Below, one piece after another: positions 63,142-64,000 of a stretch of DNA of 64,000 nucleotides (positions are counted from its first letter, which is position 1; the number at the start of each line of letters is the position of its first letter). Below the pieces are notes generated by a model that made no database searches, was not told where the DNA came from, and worked only from the letters and a program-made list of their open reading frames with translations. The stretch comes from the human T2T-CHM13v2.0 reference genome, Homo sapiens. Position numbers and translations under genes: made by a program. Where the stretch lies: assembly GCF_009914755.1 (NCBI RefSeq), contig NC_060945.1, one strand, 5' to 3'.

Positions 63142-63623
63142 TGTTACTGAAACACCAGGAGTTTTGTCTAGGTCCTGCTGCTTACAACACATAATGCCAG
63201 TCATAAAGACAAGAAGTATTGCAGGGAAGAGGCTTCAATCTGGGGCGGCAGCTGAAGAGATGGGAGATCAGTCTCAAATCCATCTCCCTGACTGACTAAA
63301 ATTAGGGATTTATATGGGAAGGAAGAAATGTAACCATGTATGGGAAAACAGGAGTTAGGGAAGAGTAAAGAAAAGGAATTGGTCAATATGTGGTCAGGTG
63401 ATCATGATGGGTGAGAGGTCTGGTATCCCCTTGTCAGATGTGGTGATCTGGTGAATGTCAGTTCCTTGATTCTATCTTAAGCCCTGATGGCTGGTTTCCT
63501 GAGAAAGGAACTCAGATAAAACAAATGAAGCTTTTCAAGTTTCAAGACTGGGAGGAACAGTTTCTATGTTTATTCAAAGGAAACCACAGACATTGGTTCT
63601 ATGGGACAGCTTGGGTGGTTTCA
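63142..63623 (-). mobile_element. ERV solo LTR (LTR47-like)
   Basis: Reverse complement of the 53731-54236 family. Confidence 0.8.
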
Positions 63624-63714
63624 GTAACATTTCATAAACCCTGAGCAATGTCCTCAAATGTGTTTTGTTCTACCCACCTAGGGCCCCTGCACAGCTAATT
63701 TCTTGTCCAGTTAC

Positions 63715-63995
63715 CTATTTTCTGCCATGTCTGAATGAACCTTTTATTGTCTGTTCCAGGAATGGACCTGAGCCCACTAAATATTATTTCTTAGCCAGCT
63801 GACACAATGTAAAGTTTTATGAGCAGGGGATGCTGAAAATACTTTGCAGAAAGAAAGAGCTTTTCTTCTTGGTCTAAGGTGCTCCTCGTGGCAGTATCTC
63901 ACAGTACATAGGGTATCCCCAGTGTCCAGCTCTGCAGTGCAGATGACTTCTCTAGTACTGAGTCATGCTGCACACACTTCTCCAGAAAACAGCTC
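63715..63995 (-). pseudogene. Candidate upstream exon (N-terminal extension, unknown domain)
   Basis: tgcag acceptor at the window edge and AG|gtaact donor. One frame has 2 stops in about 93 codons: SCFLEKCVQHDSVLEKSSALQSWTLGIPYVL*DTATRSTLDQEEKLFLSAKYFQHPLLIKLYIVSAG*EIIFSG... Phase does not match the next exon directly. Confidence 0.45.
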
Positions 63996-64000
63996 CTGCA

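Overview
AT-rich, Alu/LTR/LINE-dense primate (human-like) genomic DNA with no intact protein-coding gene. Most ORF-track hits are Alu, microsatellite, LINE or LTR artefacts. The main result is that the unique sequence between the repeats, read on the MINUS strand, contains a colinear chain of about 20 decayed, splice-site-bounded exons running from beyond 64000 down to a stop at 19400-19402. Their translations carry many stops and frameshifts but follow the domain order of the P-Rex Rac-GEF family: DH, PH, DEP, DEP, PDZ, PDZ, inositol-polyphosphate-4-phosphatase-like domain and a P-Rex-like C-terminus, preceded by an extra N-terminal region that PREX1/PREX2 lack. Similarity is low and introns are retained, so this looks like an anciently inactivated, non-processed (probably unitary) pseudogene of a divergent third P-Rex-like gene. 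The PREX1/2 motifs used for comparison are quoted from memory and were aligned by eye, so tblastn/HMM confirmation is needed. The window also holds a solo LTR12C-like element, two divergent LTR1-family LTRs, THE1/MLT LTRs, DNA-transposon fossils, and several local templated duplications, palindromes and closely spaced inverted Alus.
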